Source: Eledone cirrhosa (taxonomy: Eukaryota). Taken from it: DNA of 64,000 nt. Where the stretch lies: the NCBI GenBank assembly GCA_964016885.1, contig OZ024747.1, positions 77,748,001 to 77,812,000 of the forward strand, given 5' to 3'. Positions 26,360 to 38,500 of this stretch are shown here, in pieces (position 1 is the stretch's first letter; every line of letters begins with the position of its first letter). A program made the translations under genes and the position numbers. Under the pieces are notes generated by a model, which saw only the letters and a list, made by a program, of their open reading frames with translations, had not been told where the DNA came from and did no database searches.

Positions 26360-27255
26360 CCATTGGGGTCGATAAAATAAAGTACCAGCAATGCACTGGG
26401 TAATTGCTGGCCTTGTGCCAAAAGTAGAAACAATTATTTTATGTACTATACATGCACCTTTGATGAGTTGTAGTGCACCTGAGCACTATACACAATAATT
26501 TTCATTATTGGGTGAATCCGTAGAGCGTCGGACGAAATGTTTTGCAGTATTTAGTTATGGCCCTTTACGTTCTGAGTTCAAATACCGCCAAGGTTAGCTT
26601 TGCTTTTCATCCTTATGGGGTCGATAAAATAAAATACCAGTCATGCACTGGGTCGATTTAGTCGACTTCCCCCTTCCTTCAAATTGCTGGCTTTGTGCCT
26701 ATAGTAGAAATAATTATCATTATCATTATTTTTTGGATTGGCAGTATTGGTAGAGTGTCGGACGCCATGCTTTGAAGCATAGAGTTACCTCCCTTTATGG
26801 TCTGAGTTCAAATCCCGCCGAGGTTAACTTTGCCTTTCATCCTTACGGGGTCGATAAAATAAAGTACCAGTAATACACTGGTTTAATTTGCTGGCCTTGT
26901 GCCAAAAGTAGAAACAATTATTTTTTGCAGCAAAGAGTTACGGCCCTTTATGATCTGAGCTCAAATCCCGCCGAGGTTAACTTTGCCTTTCATCCTTATG
27001 GGGTTGATAAAATAAAGTACCAGTCACGCACTGGGGTCGATTTAATCGACTTTCCCCTCCCCTCAAATTACTGGCCTTGTGCCTATATAAGAAACAATTA
27101 TTTTTTTGAAGCATAGAGTTACGGCCCTTTATGATCTGAGTTCAAATCCCACCGAAGTTAACTTTTGCCTTTCATCATTATGGGGTCGATAAAATAAAGT
27201 ACCAATAATACCCTGGGATAATTGGTGTCCTTGTGCCGAAATTAGAAACAATTAT
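26360..27255 (+). mobile_element. Tandem array of about five tRNA-headed SINE units
   Basis: Four copies of TCTGAG(T/C)TCAAAT.CC.CC.A.GTTA.CTTTGC.TTTCATC.TTA.GGGGT.GATAAAATAAA.TACCA plus one tail-only copy; A-box-like TGGCAGTATTGG near 26739 and B-box GAGTTCAAATC. Confidence 0.85.
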
Positions 27256-27444
27256 TTTATATATATCCACCTGTTTATGGTGGGGTCAATATATCGATTT
27301 ATCATGATCAATCAGCCCTCTGAAACTATCGTAAAACAATGGACTAATTAAGAACTTATCTTCGACTTTTGTTTTATTTTCATTGTTCTATACACACACA
27401 CATGTATATATATAGTTCCACTAGTGTGTGTGTATGTATATACA

Positions 27445-27482
<38 letters not shown>

Positions 27483-27496
27483 GTGGAACTCTCTTA

Positions 27497-27529
<33 letters not shown>

Positions 27530-27777
27530 GCATTACAAGGGGTCCGACGGGCCGCCGATTACAGAGTCGGGTAATATCGACACAGAACAAACCTTGAGCT
27601 GATCAGTGGCGAAACGCGCGCCACCAACCAATAAATGTAATGAAGGAGTAACCAACCGTCCTTGTTATCCTTTCAATATAATACACTCTGTATAGCTCTA
27701 CACCTTGACACTGAAGTGAACCTAAACATCGAGTGCTCACCTGGGTGAACCTACAGTAACTCCAAGTTACACTCCCT

Positions 27778-27839
<62 letters not shown>

Positions 27840-27894
27840 GTGGAACTCTCTCTCTCTCTACACACACACACATATATATATGAGAGAGTTCCAC

Positions 27895-27993
<99 letters not shown>

Positions 27994-28309
27994 AGTGGAA
28001 CCGTGCTACCACTAATGATGGCAATAACTTTGGACGTATTTAATTTTGGGAGTTCAGGATTGGTATGCCAGGATCATTGGGTATATGAACTGAAATTTGT
28101 GTTTTTATAAGGTAATGATTGGCATAAGAGAAGCCTTATAATTTATGTCGATTATTGACATGTGGAAGTAGTAAAATATAATGATATTTTAATAATTTAT
28201 TTCGAGGATATAATTACATAGGTTTTTAGTATATATGTACTAATGGGATGCAAGATTAAATTTATTAGATATATGATGTTGATGATGGATGTGACGAATA
28301 CAGCGATGC

Positions 28310-28950
28310 TGATTGTGATGATGATGGTGATATGCTTATTGTTGTTGGTGGTGGTGGTGATGTTGTTTTGTGATTGTTTTGTTGTTGGCCATGGTGGTGG
28401 TGTTGTTGGTAGTAGAGGTAGTGGTTGTATTGGTGGAAGTTGTGTTAGTGGTAGTATTAGTGTTGGTAGTTGTAGTGGTAGTGTTGGTACAGGTTGTAGT
28501 GGTGTTGGTAGTGGTTGTGTTGGTGGTTGTAGTGGTAGTGGTTGTGTTGGTGGTGGTGCTAGTGGTAGAAGTAGTGTTTGTGTTGGAAGTTGTGTTAGTG
28601 TTGTTAGTGGTAGTATTAGTGTTGGTACAGGTTGTAGTTGTGTTGGTAGTTGTAGTGGTAGTGTTGTTAATTGTAGTGGTAGTGGTTGTGTTGGTGGTGA
28701 TGATATTGGTGGTTGTAATGGTAGTGGTTGTGTTGGTGGTGGTGCTAGTGGTAGAAGTAGTGGTTGTGTTGGTGAAAGTTGTGTTAGTGTTATTAGTGGT
28801 AGTATTAGTGTTGGTAGTGGTAGTATTAGTGTTGATAGTTGTGGTAGTGTTGTTAATTGTAGTGATTGTGTTGGTGGTGATGATGTTGGTGGTTGTAGTG
28901 GTAGTGGTTGTGGTGGTGCTAGTGGTAGAGGTAGTGGAGGTTATAATAGT
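28310..28950. repeat. (GGT/AGT/TGT)n trinucleotide low-complexity tract with internal duplications
   Basis: Seen directly; GGTGGTGCTAGTGGTAGA recurs three times at about 180-bp spacing. Confidence 0.85.
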
Positions 28951-29260
28951 GTTGGTACTGATGTAAATGTAGGATACTATGTCAGTGGCTCAGGAAGAAT
29001 ATATAATCTATTTCATTCTTTTGTTTATCCAATCTTTTTTTTTTTTAATCTTTTAGCCAGATTTAAGATCAAAGTTCAACAGTTACTGTTGTTGTTGTTG
29101 CTGTTGTAGTTGTTGTTGGTGTTGTTGTTGATGTTGTTGTTATACCACATTTACTATGTATGATTTGCAAAATGTTGAGTGCATTAATTAATTTATTGCA
29201 TCATCGTTTACTAACCCAAACGACCAGTTCTACCCATTGGTAAACAGCCTTACATAATTG

Positions 29261-29294
<34 letters not shown>

Positions 29295-29300
29295 GCATAC

Positions 29301-29365
<65 letters not shown>

Positions 29366-29485
29366 TAAGTTGAGTCAACTTATACAGCTTCATATGCAAA
29401 TGAGATTAATCACCTTATTTACACAGACGAGAAAACTATATATTCTCACCTGTTTTCAAGTCCAGCAGTTGCAAGAGCAGGAGGG

Positions 29486-29529
29486 ATCGTCCTGATGAGA
29501 ACCATATCAGTTCGAAATGCATCGACGAT
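29486..29529 (+). ncRNA. Minimal type I hammerhead ribozyme motif with palindromic stem III
   Basis: ATCGTC CTGATGA GAAC-catatca-GTTC GAA ATGCAT C GACGAT. Perfect 6-bp stem I and 4-bp stem II, AUC triplet; flanks extend pairing (TCCAGCAG/CTGCTGGA, GCAAG/CTTGC). Confidence 0.85.
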
Positions 29530-29687
29530 TGTCCCCCTTGCTTCTGCTGGACACTGCGAGATGGCGATAGCTGCCAGTGTTTTTGCATAGCTACTGCTTT
29601 CTAAATGTTTATTTATAAATACGAAATTGCAATATATATATTTTTATATGTATATATGTATGTATGTGTATATATATATTCCATTGG

Positions 29688-29905
29688 ATGGCAAAGCATA
29701 AATGAACAAAGCATAAATGAACTAAGTGAGAAATTAGGAATTAGGGGGATCAGATGCTGTTTACTTGAGAGAAGACTACGTTGGTATGGTCACGTGATGC
29801 GCATGAAAGACGACAGCTGCATAAAAAAGTGCAGGGTGATCAAAATTGATGGTAGTTATGGAGTAGGTAGACCCAGAAAAACCTGGGATGATCTGATAAA
29901 TTCCG
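29688..29905 (+). mobile_element. RTE LINE internal fragment, same family as 21102-22441
   Basis: QSINELSEKLGIRGIRCCLLERRLRWYGHVMRMKDDSCIKKC..GRPRKTWDDLINS. Confidence 0.88.
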
Positions 29906-30427
29906 GGAAGGGTCTAGAAAAGGTGACCTTAACAGAGCCTGGTCAGTCATCAAACTGGCCAGCAGCCTGTAGTTGGTGGTGGTTTATAATATCAGGTCAG
30001 AAACCAAGAGATACTATAACAAAAAGTACAGAATGACTGTCGGTGCTTGAAACATAAGGACACATCTTGTCAGCAGTGTGTCCAGTAATACTGAACATCA
30101 AACTGGTTTGATAGAATTAGCTTGGTATGGTATTAACATAGCTGCATTCTTTGAAACATGACTGAGAATCAGTTGACAAAATCAGGAGTTGCATAATTCT
30201 TTTTCTGGAAGGGTTGGTCTGAGAGAGAGAAATGTGAATGAGGTGTAGGATTTGAGTTTTTTAAATGTTTCATTAAGTTTGTGTAAATGTCTGAATATGT
30301 GTGAGTAAAGGTCTTGATAGATGTCTAAATAATTTACGCAAGTCATTTGTTGTGGAACTAACTATATATGGAACTTGTCCTTTTGACTGAGTGCTCTACC
30401 AACTTCCGATATAACTTCCCAGTTTTT

Positions 30428-30492
<65 letters not shown>

Positions 30493-30497
30493 TGTAT

Positions 30498-30604
<107 letters not shown>

Positions 30605-31278
30605 TGTATATGAAGAAATAAAGGAAGAAAGAAAGAGAGAGTGTGATTAATTGACAGAAGTGGTCGGAGAGATTAATTATTTAAATAAACTCTTTTCAAA
30701 CTCTTCAAATAAATCATGTTAACAGAAGTATTCGTTGTATACACAAGGGGCCTTGTTTGTTGGAGGAAAGGAAAGCCAAAGGAAAGCCAAAATGAATCTA
30801 TTTGACTGTTTAAGCCAGGAAATGACATAATATATAGTGAATAGTTTTATGACCTGACCAAATGTTTAAGTCAGGCAAGTTTAGTGGAAATAATGTACGA
30901 TAGGAATTATTTAGCACTGTTGAACTTTAAGCATTTACATTAACCTTTGAATGTGAAAATAACCAAATTATAGAAATAATGAATAATGTTTTTTTTACTT
31001 TGAAATGAAGCAACAATTTTTGTTTATGAGTAAGTGCAGTTGTTTTTTATCTACCCCCTGTATTTTATTGTCATTCCTTATATTATATTGACCTCCTCCA
31101 AATGGAAGACTCATGATAGAGTAGACTGCTGATTTTGACAGGATTTCAATGAAGAATGCTAAGAATATATACATATACATACATCTATGGTTCCGTTTAT
31201 TTATCGTGATATATATATATATATATATATATTCATTTAAATTTAGTGGTTCACCACTGGATACTGGATACGTATATA

Positions 31279-31460
31279 TATCATCATCATCATCATCATC
31301 ATCATCATTTTACGTCCGCTTTTCCCTGCTTGCAAGGGTGGGACGAGAACTAATTCTGGCTTGATTTCTACAGCTGGATGCCCTTCCTAACACCAACCTC
31401 ATTTACAGTGAGTGCTGGGTGCTTTTTTGCCGTAGCATCTCCACGACCACTTTGCAGTGG
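31279..31460 (-). mobile_element. RTE 3'-end fragment with (CAT)n tail
   Basis: Matches 10255-10400 (TTGATTTCTACAGCTGGATGCCCTTCCTAACACCAACCTC) and 8010-8060. Confidence 0.8.
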
Positions 31461-31859
31461 AATGATAGGGACCCCAGTCCCTATTATCTCATTTCTACAG
31501 CTGAGTAAACTGGGGGGGGGGGGGCTCGATTATTTGAGACCCGAGAATACGTCATAAAGTAGATTAGATTAGACTTTCCTATATAGAGACTTTCCTTTTC
31601 CTTTCCTTGTACATAAATAAAACAATTTGATGCTTTCAAGATATAATTCCAAGGTTATATCTTGTCAACACTATCTCTGGCTATAATTGACCTGGAAGTA
31701 ACTCAAACATAGACTAATATGAATACAAATATAGAAAGATAAGAAATACATATAAAGACTTTTATCATGTAATCGTTTATTAACTTATATATGTGTGTGG
31801 TAACCAATATTACAAACATATATCTCAAAGTTTCTTGCAGCCTTATGAATAAATATATA

Positions 31860-32320
31860 TCATTACCATCATCATCATTTTTATGTCTATTTTTCCATGG
31901 TTGCATGGGTTGGACGGGTCCTTCTCAGCACACGATCTTTCCCTTCACTGTGTTGTGTTTCTTTATCATCTCTTCTGTGAATCTCAGTGATATAAGGTCA
32001 GCTCACACCACCTCTGCCCAGATTTTTCTTTGTTTACCTCTACTGTGACTTCCTTCCACTGGCATTTCCTGGCACTTCTTCACCCATCGGTCATCTTCCA
32101 TGCACATCACATGTCCATATCAATGCAGACTTCTCTCCTGCACATCACATGTCCATATCAATGCAGACTTCTCTCCTGCACACCACCTCACAATCCTCTT
32201 AAATCTAGTTCCTCCCTCAGTTCATCCATGTTCTGCCTTTCTCGCACACTTAAATTGCACATCAAATGGTATTCATGCCAACCCTTACTTATGGTCATGA
32301 ATCTTGAGTAATGACCGAAA
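31860..32320 (-). mobile_element. Degenerate RTE 3' fragment abutting a piece of the second RTE family
   Basis: Similar to 8010-8270, with a local 38-bp duplication (TGCACATCACATGTCCATATCAATGCAGACTTCTCTCC); 32267-32320 resembles the 18450-18500 family in the opposite orientation. Confidence 0.65.
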
Positions 32321-32598
32321 GAATATTCATTACATGAATTAAATAGAGGAAGGATTGTGGGTAGACAGTCACTGATTGGTTAGAAAAGTGATGACTCAAG
32401 CTCATTTATCGACAAAATAGATGCACTGACCAATTGATTAAAAAAGGTGATGATGCAGGCATGTCTGTTGATGTCAGTACATCTGAGCAGATCAATAAGC
32501 TGTTACATTAGTTGATTGATCTAAAAGGTATCAATGTTGTCATGACTGTTGCTGATACCTCTCTGATGCTAAACAGTTGTTGACAAAAACAAACAATT

Positions 32599-35500
32599 TT
32601 GGAATCTGAACTAGAGTTACTGGAATACTACCAAGGTGTGTTGGAATCTGAACTAGTGTCACTGGAATAGTACTGGGTGTGTTGGAATCTGAACTAGTGT
32701 CACTGGAATAGTAGCGGGTGTGTTGGAATCTGAACTAGTGTCACTGGAATAGTACTGGGTGTGTTGGAATCTGAACTAGTGTCACTGGAATAGTAGCGGG
32801 TGTGTTGGAATCTGAACTAGTGTCACTGGAATAGTACTGGGTGTGTTGGAATCTGAACTAGTGTCACTGGAATAGTACTGGGTGTGTTGGAATCTGAACT
32901 AGTGTCACTGGAATACTACCAAGGTGTGTTGGAATCTGAACTAGTGTCACTGGAATAGTACTGGGTGTGTTGGAATCTGAACTAGTGTCACTGGAATAGT
33001 AGCGGGTGTGTTGGAATCTGAACTAGTGTCACTGGAATAGTACTGGGTGTGTTGGAATCTGAACTAGTGTCACTGGAATAGTACTGGGTGTGTTGGAATC
33101 TGAACTAGTGTCACTGGAATACTACCAAGGTGTGTTGGAATCTGAACTAGTGTCACTGGAATAGTACTGGGTGTGTTGGAATCTGAACTAGTGTCACTGG
33201 AATAGTAGCGGGTGTGTTGGAATCTGAACTAGTGTCACTGGAATAGTACTGGGTGTGTTGGAATCTGAACTAGTGTCACTGGAATAGTAGCGGGTGTGTT
33301 GGAATCTGAACTAGTGTCACTGGAATAGTACTGGGTGTGTTGGAATCTGAACTAGTGTCACTGGAATAGTACTGGGTGTGTTGGAATCTGAACTAGTGTC
33401 ACTGGAATACTACCAAGGTGTGTTGGAATCTGAACTAGTGTCACTGGAATAGTACTGGGTGTGTTGGAATCTGAACTAGTGTCACTGGAATAGTAGCGGG
33501 TGTGTTGGAATCTGAACTAGTGTCACTGGAATAGTACTGGGTGTGTTGGAATCTGAACTAGTGTCACTGGAATAGTACTGGGTGTGTTGGAATCTGAACT
33601 AGTGTCACTGGAATACTACCAAGGTGTGTTGGAATCTGAACTAGTGTCACTGGAATAGTACTGGGTGTGTTGGAATCTGAACTAGTGTCACTGGAATACT
33701 ACCAAGGTGTGTTGGAATCTGAACTAGTGTCACTGGAATAGTACTGGGTGTGTTGGAATCTGAACTAGTGTCACTGGAATAGTACTGGGTGTGTTGGAAT
33801 CTGAACTAGTGTCACTGGAATACTACCAAGGTGTGTTGGAATCTGAACTAGTGTCACTGGAATAGTACTGGGTGTGTTGGAATCTGAACTAGTGTCACTG
33901 GAATAGTACTGGGTGTGTTGGAATCTGAACTAGTGTCACTGGAATAGTACTGGGTGTGTTGGAATCTGAACTAGTGTCACTGGAATAGTACTGGGTGTGT
34001 TGGAATCTGAACTAGTGTCACTGGAATAGTACTGGGTGTGTTGGAATCTGAACTAGTGTCACTGGAATAGTACTGGGTGTGTTGGAATCTGAACTAGTGT
34101 CACTGGAATACTACCAAGGTGTGTTGGAATCTGAACTAGTATCACTGGAATAGTACTGGGTGTGTTGGAATCTGAACTAGTGTCATTGGAATAGTACTGG
34201 GTGTGTTGGAATCTGAACTAGTGTCATTGGAATAGTACTGGGTGTGTTGGAATCTGAACTAGTGTCACTGGAATAGTACTGGGTGTGTTGGAATCTGAAC
34301 TAGTGTCACTGGAATAGTACTGGGTGTGTTGGAATCTGAACTAGTGTCACTGGAATAGTACTGGGTGTGTTGGAATCTGAACTAGTGTCACTGGAATAGT
34401 ACTGGGTGTGTTGGAATCTGAACTAGTGTCACTGGAATAGTACTGGGTGTGTTGGAATCTGAACTAGAGTCACTGGAATAGTACTGGGTGTGTTGGAATC
34501 TGAACTAGAGTCACTGGAATAGTAGCGGGTGTGTTGGAATCTGAACTAGAGTCACTGGAATAGTACTGGGTGTGTTGGAATCTGAACTAGTGTCACTGGA
34601 ATAGTACTGGGTGTGTTGGAATCTGAACTAGAGTCACTGGAATAGTACTGGGTGTGTTGGAATCTGAACTAGAGTCACTGGAATAGTAGCGGGTGTGTTG
34701 GAATCTGAACTAGAGTCACTGGAATAGTAGCGGGTGTGTTGGAATCTGAACTAGTGTCACTGGAATAGTAGCGGGTGTGTTGGAATCTGAACTAGTGTCA
34801 CTGGAATAGTACTGGGTGTGTTGGAATCTGAACTAGAGTCACTGGAATAGTAGCGGGTGTGTTGGAATCTGAACTAGTGTCACTGGAATAGTACTGGGTG
34901 TGTTGGAATCTGAACTAGAGTCACTGGAATAGTACTGGGTGTGTTGGAATCTGAACTAGAGTCACTGGAATAGTAGCCGGTGTGTTGGAATCTGAACTAG
35001 AGTCACTGGAATAGTAGCGGGTGTGTTGGAATCTGAACTAGTGTCACTGGAATAGTAGCGGGTGTGTTGGAATCTGAACTAGTGTCACTGGAATAGTACT
35101 GGGTGTGTTGGAATCTGAACTAGAGTCACTGGAATAGTAGCGGGTGTGTTGGAATCTGAACTAGAGTCACTGGAATAGTAGCGGGTGTGTTGGAATCTGA
35201 ACTAGTGTCACTGGAATAGTAGCGGGTGTGTTGGAATCTGAACTAGTGTCACTGGAATAGTACTGGGTGTGTTGGAATCTGAACTAGTGTCACTGGAATA
35301 GTACTGGGTGTGTTGGAATCTGAACTAGTGTCACTGGAATAGTACTGGGTGTGTTGGAATCTGAACTAGTGTCACTGGAATAGTACCAAGGTGTGTTGGA
35401 ATCTGAACTAGAGTCACTGGAATAGTAGCGGGTGTGTTGGAATCTGAACTAGAGTCACTGGAATAGTACTGGGTGTGTTGGAATCTGAACTAGTGTCACT

Positions 35501-38500
35501 GGAATAGTACTGGGTGTGTTGGAATCTGAACTAGTGTCACTGGAATAGTAGCGGGTGTGTTGGAATCTGAACTAGTGTCACTGGAATAGTAGCGGGTGTG
35601 TCGGAATCTGAACTAGAGTCACTGGAATAGTACCAAGGTGTGTTGGAATCTGAACGAGTGTCACTGGAATAGTACCAAGGTGTGTTGGAATCTGAACTAG
35701 TGTCACTGGAATAGTACTGGGTGTGTTGGAATCTGAACTAGAGTCACTGGAATAGTACCAAGGTGTGTTGGAATCTGAACTAGTGTCACTGGAATAGTAC
35801 TGGGTGTGTTGGAATCTGAACTAGAGTCACGGGAATAGTACTGGGTGTGTTGGAATCTGAACGAGTGTCACGGGAATAGTAGCGGGTGTGTTGGAATCTG
35901 AACTAGTGTCACTGGAATAGTACTGGGTGTGTTGGAATCTGAACGAGTGTCACTGGAATAGTACTGGGTGTGTTGGAATCTGAACTAGTGTCACTGGAAT
36001 AGTACTGGGTGTGTTGGAATCTGAACGAGTGTCACTGGAATAGTACTGGGTGTGTTGGAATCTGAACGAGTGTCACTGGAATAGTACTGGGTGTGTTGGA
36101 ATCTGAACTAGTGTCACTGGAATAGTACTGGGTGTGTCGGAATCTGAACTAGTGTCACTGGAATAGTACTGGGTGTGTTGGAATCTGAACTAGAGTCACT
36201 GGAATAGTACTGGGTGTGTTGGAATCTGAACTAGTGTCACTGGAATAGTACTGGGTGTGTTGGAATCTGAACGAGTGTCACTGGAATAGTACTGGGTGTG
36301 TTGGAATCTGAACTAGTGTCACTGGAATAGTACTGGGTGTGTCGGAATCTGAACTAGTGTCACTGGAATAGTACTAGGTGTGTTGGAATCTGAACTAGTG
36401 TCACTGGAATAGTAGCGGGTGTGTTGGAATCTGAACTAGTGTCACTGGAATAGTAGCGAGTGTGTTGGAATCTGAACTAGTGTCACTGGATTAGTACTGG
36501 GTGTGTTGGAATCTGAACTAGTGTCACTGGAATAGTAGCGGGTGTGTTGGAATCTGAACTAGTGTCACTGGAATAGTACTGGGTGTGTTGGAATCTGAAC
36601 TAGAGTCACTGGAATAGTAGCGGGTGTGTTGGAATCTGAACTAGTGTCACTGGAATAGTACTGGGTGTGTTGGAATCTGAACTAGAGTCACTGGAATAGT
36701 ACTGGGTGTGTTGGAATCTGAACTAGTGTCACTGGAATAGTACCAAGGTGTGTTGGAATCTGAACTAGAGTCACTGGAATAGTAGCGGGTGTGTTGGAAT
36801 CTGAACTAGTGTCACTGGAATAGTAGCGGGTGTGTTGGAATCTGAACTAGTGTCACTGGAATAGTACTGGGTGTGTTGGAATCTGAACTAGAGTCACTGG
36901 AATAGTAGCGGGTGTGTTGGAATCTGAACTAGTGTCACTGGAATAGTACTGGGTGTGTTGGAATCTGAACTAGAGTCACTGGAATAGTACCAAGGTGTGT
37001 TGGAATCTGAACTAGTGTCACTGGAATAGTAGCGGGTGTGTTGGAATCTGAACTAGTGTCACTGGAATAGTACTGGGTGTGTTGGAATCTGAACTAGAGT
37101 CAATGGAATAGTACCAAGGTGTGTTGGAATCTGAACTAGTGTCACTGGAATAGTAGCGGGTGTGTTGGAATCTGAACTAGTGTCACTGGAATAGTACTGG
37201 GTGTGTTGGAATCTGAACTAGAGTCACTGGAATAGTACCAAGGTGTGTTGGAATCTGAACTAGTGTCACTGGAATAGTAGCGGGTGTGTTGGAATCTGAA
37301 CTAGAATCACTGGAATAGTACCAAGGTGTGTTCGAATCTGAACTAGAGTCACTGGAATAGTAGCGGGTGTGTTGGAATCTGAACTAGTGTCACTGGAATA
37401 GTAGCGGGTGTGTTGGAATCTGAACTAGTGTCACTGGAATAGTAGCGGGTGTGTTGGAATCTGAACTAGAATCACTGGAATAGTACCAAGGTGTGTTCGA
37501 ATCTGAACTAGAGTCACTGGAATAGTACTGGGTGTGTTGGAATCTGAACTAGAGTCACTGGAATAGTACAGGGTGTGTTGGAATCTGAACTAGAGTCACT
37601 GGAATAGTACTGGGTGTGTTGGAATCTGAACTAGTGTTACTGGAATAGTACCAAGGTGTGTTGGAATCTGAACTAGTGTCACTGGAATAGTACTGGGTGT
37701 GTTGGAATCTGAACTAGAGTCACTGGAATAGTACTGGGTGTGTTGGAATCTGAACTAGTGTCACTGGAATAGTACTGGGTGTGTTGGAATCTGAACTAGT
37801 GTCACTGGAATAGTAGCGGGTGTGTTGGAATCTGAACTAGTGTCACTGGAATAGTACTGGGTGTGTTGGAATCTGAACTAGTGTCACTGGAATAGTAGCG
37901 GGTGTGTTGGAATCTGAACTAGTGTCACTGGAATAGTAGCGGGTGTGTTGGAATCTGAACTAGAGTCACTGGAATAGTACCAAGGTGTGTTCGAATCTGA
38001 ACTAGTGTCACTGGAATAGTAGCGGGTGTGTTGGAATCTGAACTAGTGTCACTGGAATAGTAGCGGGTGTGTTGGAATCTGAACTAGTGTCACTGGAATA
38101 GTAGCGGGTGTGTTGGAATCTGAACTAGTGTCACTGGAATAGTACTGGGTGTGTTGGAATCTGAACTAGTGTAACTGGAATAGTAGCGGGTGTGTTGGAA
38201 TCTGAACTAGTGTCACTGTAGTAGTACTGGGTGTGTTGGAATCTGAACTAGTGTCACTGGAATAGTAGCGAGTGTGTTGGAATCTGAACTAGTGTCACTG
38301 GATTAGTACTGTGTGTGTTGGAATCTGAACTAGTGTCACTGGAATAGTAGCGGGTGTGTTGGAATCTGAACTAGTGTCACTGGAATAGTACTGGGTGTGT
38401 TGGAATCTGAACTAGTGTCACTGGAATAGTAGCGGGTGTGTTGGAATCTGAACTAGTGTCACTGTAATATTACTGGGTGTGTTGGAATCTGAACTAGTGT

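Noticed and set aside
26500-26830. tRNA genes suggested by A/B boxes
   Set aside because: No cloverleaf; the boxes are SINE heads followed by SINE body.
28243-29109. 288-aa Gly/Ser/Cys/Val-rich ORF with hydrophobic N-terminus, resembling a structural protein
   Set aside because: All codons are NGT/GTT-type trinucleotide repeats, a second frame is also open, and similar tracts occur at 3860-4025; best explained as simple repeat unless RNA-seq shows expression.
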